Assembly (NCBI GenBank): GCA_964291625.2
Contig: OZ220089.1
Location: 448,001-512,000 of the forward strand
Reading direction: 5' to 3'
Length of the DNA stretch: 64,000 nucleotides
Source: Candidatus Latescibacterota bacterium
GTDB taxonomy: Bacteria > Latescibacterota > UBA2968 > UBA8231
A model generated the notes under the pieces. It was not told the origin of the DNA, did no database searches, and saw only the letters and a program-made list of their open reading frames with translations. The position numbers were made by a program, and so were the translations under genes. This document shows, in pieces, positions 61,720 through 64,000 of this stretch. Each line of letters opens with the position of its first letter. The first letter of the stretch is position 1.

Positions 61720-62160
61720 ATGAAACGATGTGCGAAAGGGGTGCGGACCTGCTCGGGGATTCCGGGCTTGGTTCTCGTGAGCTTGGCTTGCAGTGGATGC
61801 ACTGTAGATGCCGTCTGCAACAACCCCAACCTCCTCTGGCTCTGGCTGATCCTGCCGGTATTGCTCGGCGCATTGGGTGGAGTCGTAATGTGCCTAGTCC
61901 GGCTTCATCAACTCAAGGGATGGGATCTGAGCACTTCCCCTCGGACACCGAGACCGAAGTCTCTTCTGATTGGTGCGTCTATTGTCGCCGCCATCCTTTT
62001 CCTCTCCTTCCCCTCCTTCATGATCCCTGCCGAAGCCTGTGAGCCAGATCAGAAGACCGCCAACATCACCTTCTGGCTGCTGGGAAGCCTGATAGGCACG
62101 ATGATCGCCCTGGTCGGGCTGCTGCTCGCCAATCAACGCTACTCGAAGGGATCGGAGTGA
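61720..62160 (+). CDS. Hypothetical membrane protein (3 TM plus a possible signal peptide)
   Basis: Hydrophobic segments; its stop overlaps the GTG of the tubulin-like gene; lower GC. Confidence 0.65.
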   Translation: MKRCAKGVRTCSGIPGLVLVSLACSGCTVDAVCNNPNLLWLWLILPVLLGALGGVVMCLVRLHQLKGWDLSTSPRTPRPKSLLIGASIVAAILFLSFPSFMIPAEACEPDQKTANITFWLLGSLIGTMIALVGLLLANQRYSKGSE

Positions 62161-64000
62161 TTGTGAACTCCCTGATCGCATGCGGTGGGACCGGAGCGCA
62201 CGCAGTCTTGGCGATGATGCGACTGCATACGCTCGGATACGCCCTCGGGTTCTTTCGCCAACCGAACGACAAGCCGCTGGACTTTCCAGCCCTCTATCTC
62301 GTCGACCAAGATGCCGGTGATGGGCCCGGGGAGGAAACCGCGTGGCAAATGGTCCGCCGGCTTGTCGAATATCATCCTGGCCACTGGAACTCGCACGAGA
62401 CGTTCGGGCGGGAGGACGGTCTCAACCCAAGGATCGTGACCCCGTTGCCGGTTGGCCCCGACGCGGAGTGGTTCAACCCCCCCAATGACACGTTAGGCAA
62501 GCGTTTTGCCCATTCACCTCACCTGGATTTGCTCACGGACAGGGACCAACGGGGAATCCAGTTCTCGCGAGGCATGATGGGATCACCTTCTGTCGGGGCC
62601 CTGCTCTTTAAGCTGAAGAACCACGATGCTGGGGCAAGCGGCATCAACCATGACGGGGCTTTTGAGACGCTTCGAAACGAACGAGGGCGCATCGCCGTCG
62701 TCGGCTCTGGAGTAGGCGGGACCGGCGCCGCCGTAGTGCCCACGCTCGCGCGTCAACTCGCGGACGATGGCGCTCGCGTCATGGCCGTGATGGTGCTGCA
62801 ATGGTTCAAGTTTACAACCGACGGGATTGATGAGCTTCTGCGTGAGAAGGCAGAACTCAGGAACGATGCTATGCGCCAGAACGCGCACTCCGCCCTCGCC
62901 TACTGCGGTCAGGACCTAGCGAGAGAAGTAGCAACGGTGCCTGTAGGAGTACCGGAAACAGCCATCGTTGCTCGACGATTTACATCGGACACTGAACAGC
63001 CGGCGCATGAGTCGTTCGTCCACGGTGTCGCCGCCCTCTCCTGCCTGCGCCACTTTCTCGCATCGGAACCGTACCAGGCGGGCCTCTACCAGATGGGGGC
63101 CGAAGACCCTAGGAAACTCGGCGGTGGCAACCTCATCCCAGGCGGTAGTTCTGATGGCACCCTGCAGGATCTCGCGAATCAGGCCGGGACGCTTGCCACC
63201 ACCCTGGATGCCTTCGCGGCCGTGCTGGCTGATTCTCACTCCGGACGGTTCGCAGTCGTCCCCGCCATCTATCGCGAGATTCAACGCCTTACCGACCCGC
63301 GACAGGTTAGTCGAGAGATTCGCTCCCTCACAGCCAGCTACCGGGAACACCTGGGGTGGCTGCAACAGGTCCTTGGCGTTGAGCCGCAACCGATAGGCGC
63401 CTTGGCCTTGGAAACCAAGTCACGCAGGCGCTTGATTGACCACCCGATCCCAGAAACCACCGACCCATCACCGCAGGAGGTGGCTCTGAGCATTTTCCAC
63501 TGGGTTGCGGAATGGATCCGTAATCCTCAAGAAAGGAGGTCCGCTGGACTCCTCCCCAGCAAGCCGGGGAGGGTCGATGGCGGGTACTGGCCGCCCCTTA
63601 GTGGTGACGGTCTTGCCGTTGCGGCGGATCGCGCCGGTGACTTGAGCTCGGTTCCTTCCCAGAACGTCGAGGTTACGCTGGATGCAATCGTCGACACCGA
63701 CCACGTGTCGCAGAACGGCTGGCCGCATCCGATGGCCGTCGCCGATCACTTCCGGTACGCGGTTCAGCGTGAAGACCGGACAGCAATGCGCCAACTCGAG
63801 ATGCTTCTGGTGGGTCTGGTCACTGGCAACCTCGAATTGAGGGAAACCTCAGAAGCCGATGAGTCACCTGAACCCGTATCTCTCGCCGCATTGGTCAACG
63901 CGGTTCGTGATTCTGGCTTTCCCGGGGTCGCCAGGTACGCAGTGGTCTGGCCGGTAGAGGACGAGGTTCTGGGCTTCAATTCTCCGCATACGCTCTTGTG
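62157..64000 (+). CDS. Divergent tubulin/FtsZ-superfamily GTPase with a long C-terminal extension (3'-partial)
   Basis: Not in the ORF track. Hand translation is open from GTG 62157 to the window end: LIACGGTGAH, LYLVDQD, FSRGMMGSPSVG, VVGSGVGGTGAA. Confidence 0.82.
   Translation, partial: MIVNSLIACGGTGAHAVLAMMRLHTLGYALGFFRQPNDKPLDFPALYLVDQDAGDGPGEETAWQMVRRLVEYHPGHWNSHETFGREDGLNPRIVTPLPVGPDAEWFNPPNDTLGKRFAHSPHLDLLTDRDQRGIQFSRGMMGSPSVGALLFKLKNHDAGASGINHDGAFETLRNERGRIAVVGSGVGGTGAAVVPTLARQLADDGARVMAVMVLQWFKFTTDGIDELLREKAELRNDAMRQNAHSALAYCGQDLAREVATVPVGVPETAIVARRFTSDTEQPAHESFVHGVAALSCLRHFLASEPYQAGLYQMGAEDPRKLGGGNLIPGGSSDGTLQDLANQAGTLATTLDAFAAVLADSHSGRFAVVPAIYREIQRLTDPRQVSREIRSLTASYREHLGWLQQVLGVEPQPIGALALETKSRRRLIDHPIPETTDPSPQEVALSIFHWVAEWIRNPQERRSAGLLPSKPGRVDGGYWPPLSGDGLAVAADRAGDLSSVPSQNVEVTLDAIVDTDHVSQNGWPHPMAVADHFRYAVQREDRTAMRQLEMLLVGLVTGNLELRETSEADESPEPVSLAALVNAVRDSGFPGVARYAVVWPVEDEVLGFNSPHTLL

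Noticed and set aside
62500-64000. Short ORFs listed on both strands at the right end
   Set aside because: All are shadows of the single open frame starting at 62157

Overview
A 64-kb, very GC-rich (~70% by eye) stretch of diderm bacterial chromosome. It is densely coding, with many NTGA start/stop overlaps. I saw no rRNA, tRNA, CRISPR array, integrase or transposase. Most of it is catabolic or housekeeping: RND pump, amidases, katG, acyl-CoA ligase/SCP2-thiolase/DUF35, ppk1, a GlmU-like enzyme, mqnB-mqnD, a sulfatase, and glycosidase-like and sugar redox enzymes. Lower-GC inserts carry an LRR-M8 protease lipoprotein, a collagen-like lipoprotein and decayed toxin-antitoxin modules. The content resembles sponge-associated Latescibacterota/Gemmatimonadota-type genomes (inference). 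The strongest signals are not visible in the ORF track: (1) a divergently transcribed TolC + ABC-2 exporter locus with two paralogous proteins combining an adaptor-like alpha-hairpin, Ig/NEW3-like domains and (in the complete copy) a C-terminal anchor; (2) a split ORF at 19421-20158 that reads as one UGA-recoded selenoprotein with an fdhF-like SECIS, a variant U-C motif and an inserted Obg-C-terminal-like domain; (3) a divergent tubulin/FtsZ-like ORF of >614 codons running off the right end; (4) a 900-bp toxin-antitoxin insert bounded by a 26-bp duplication of a gene start; (5) probable CTG start codons. All family assignments come from motif recognition by eye, not from database searches.
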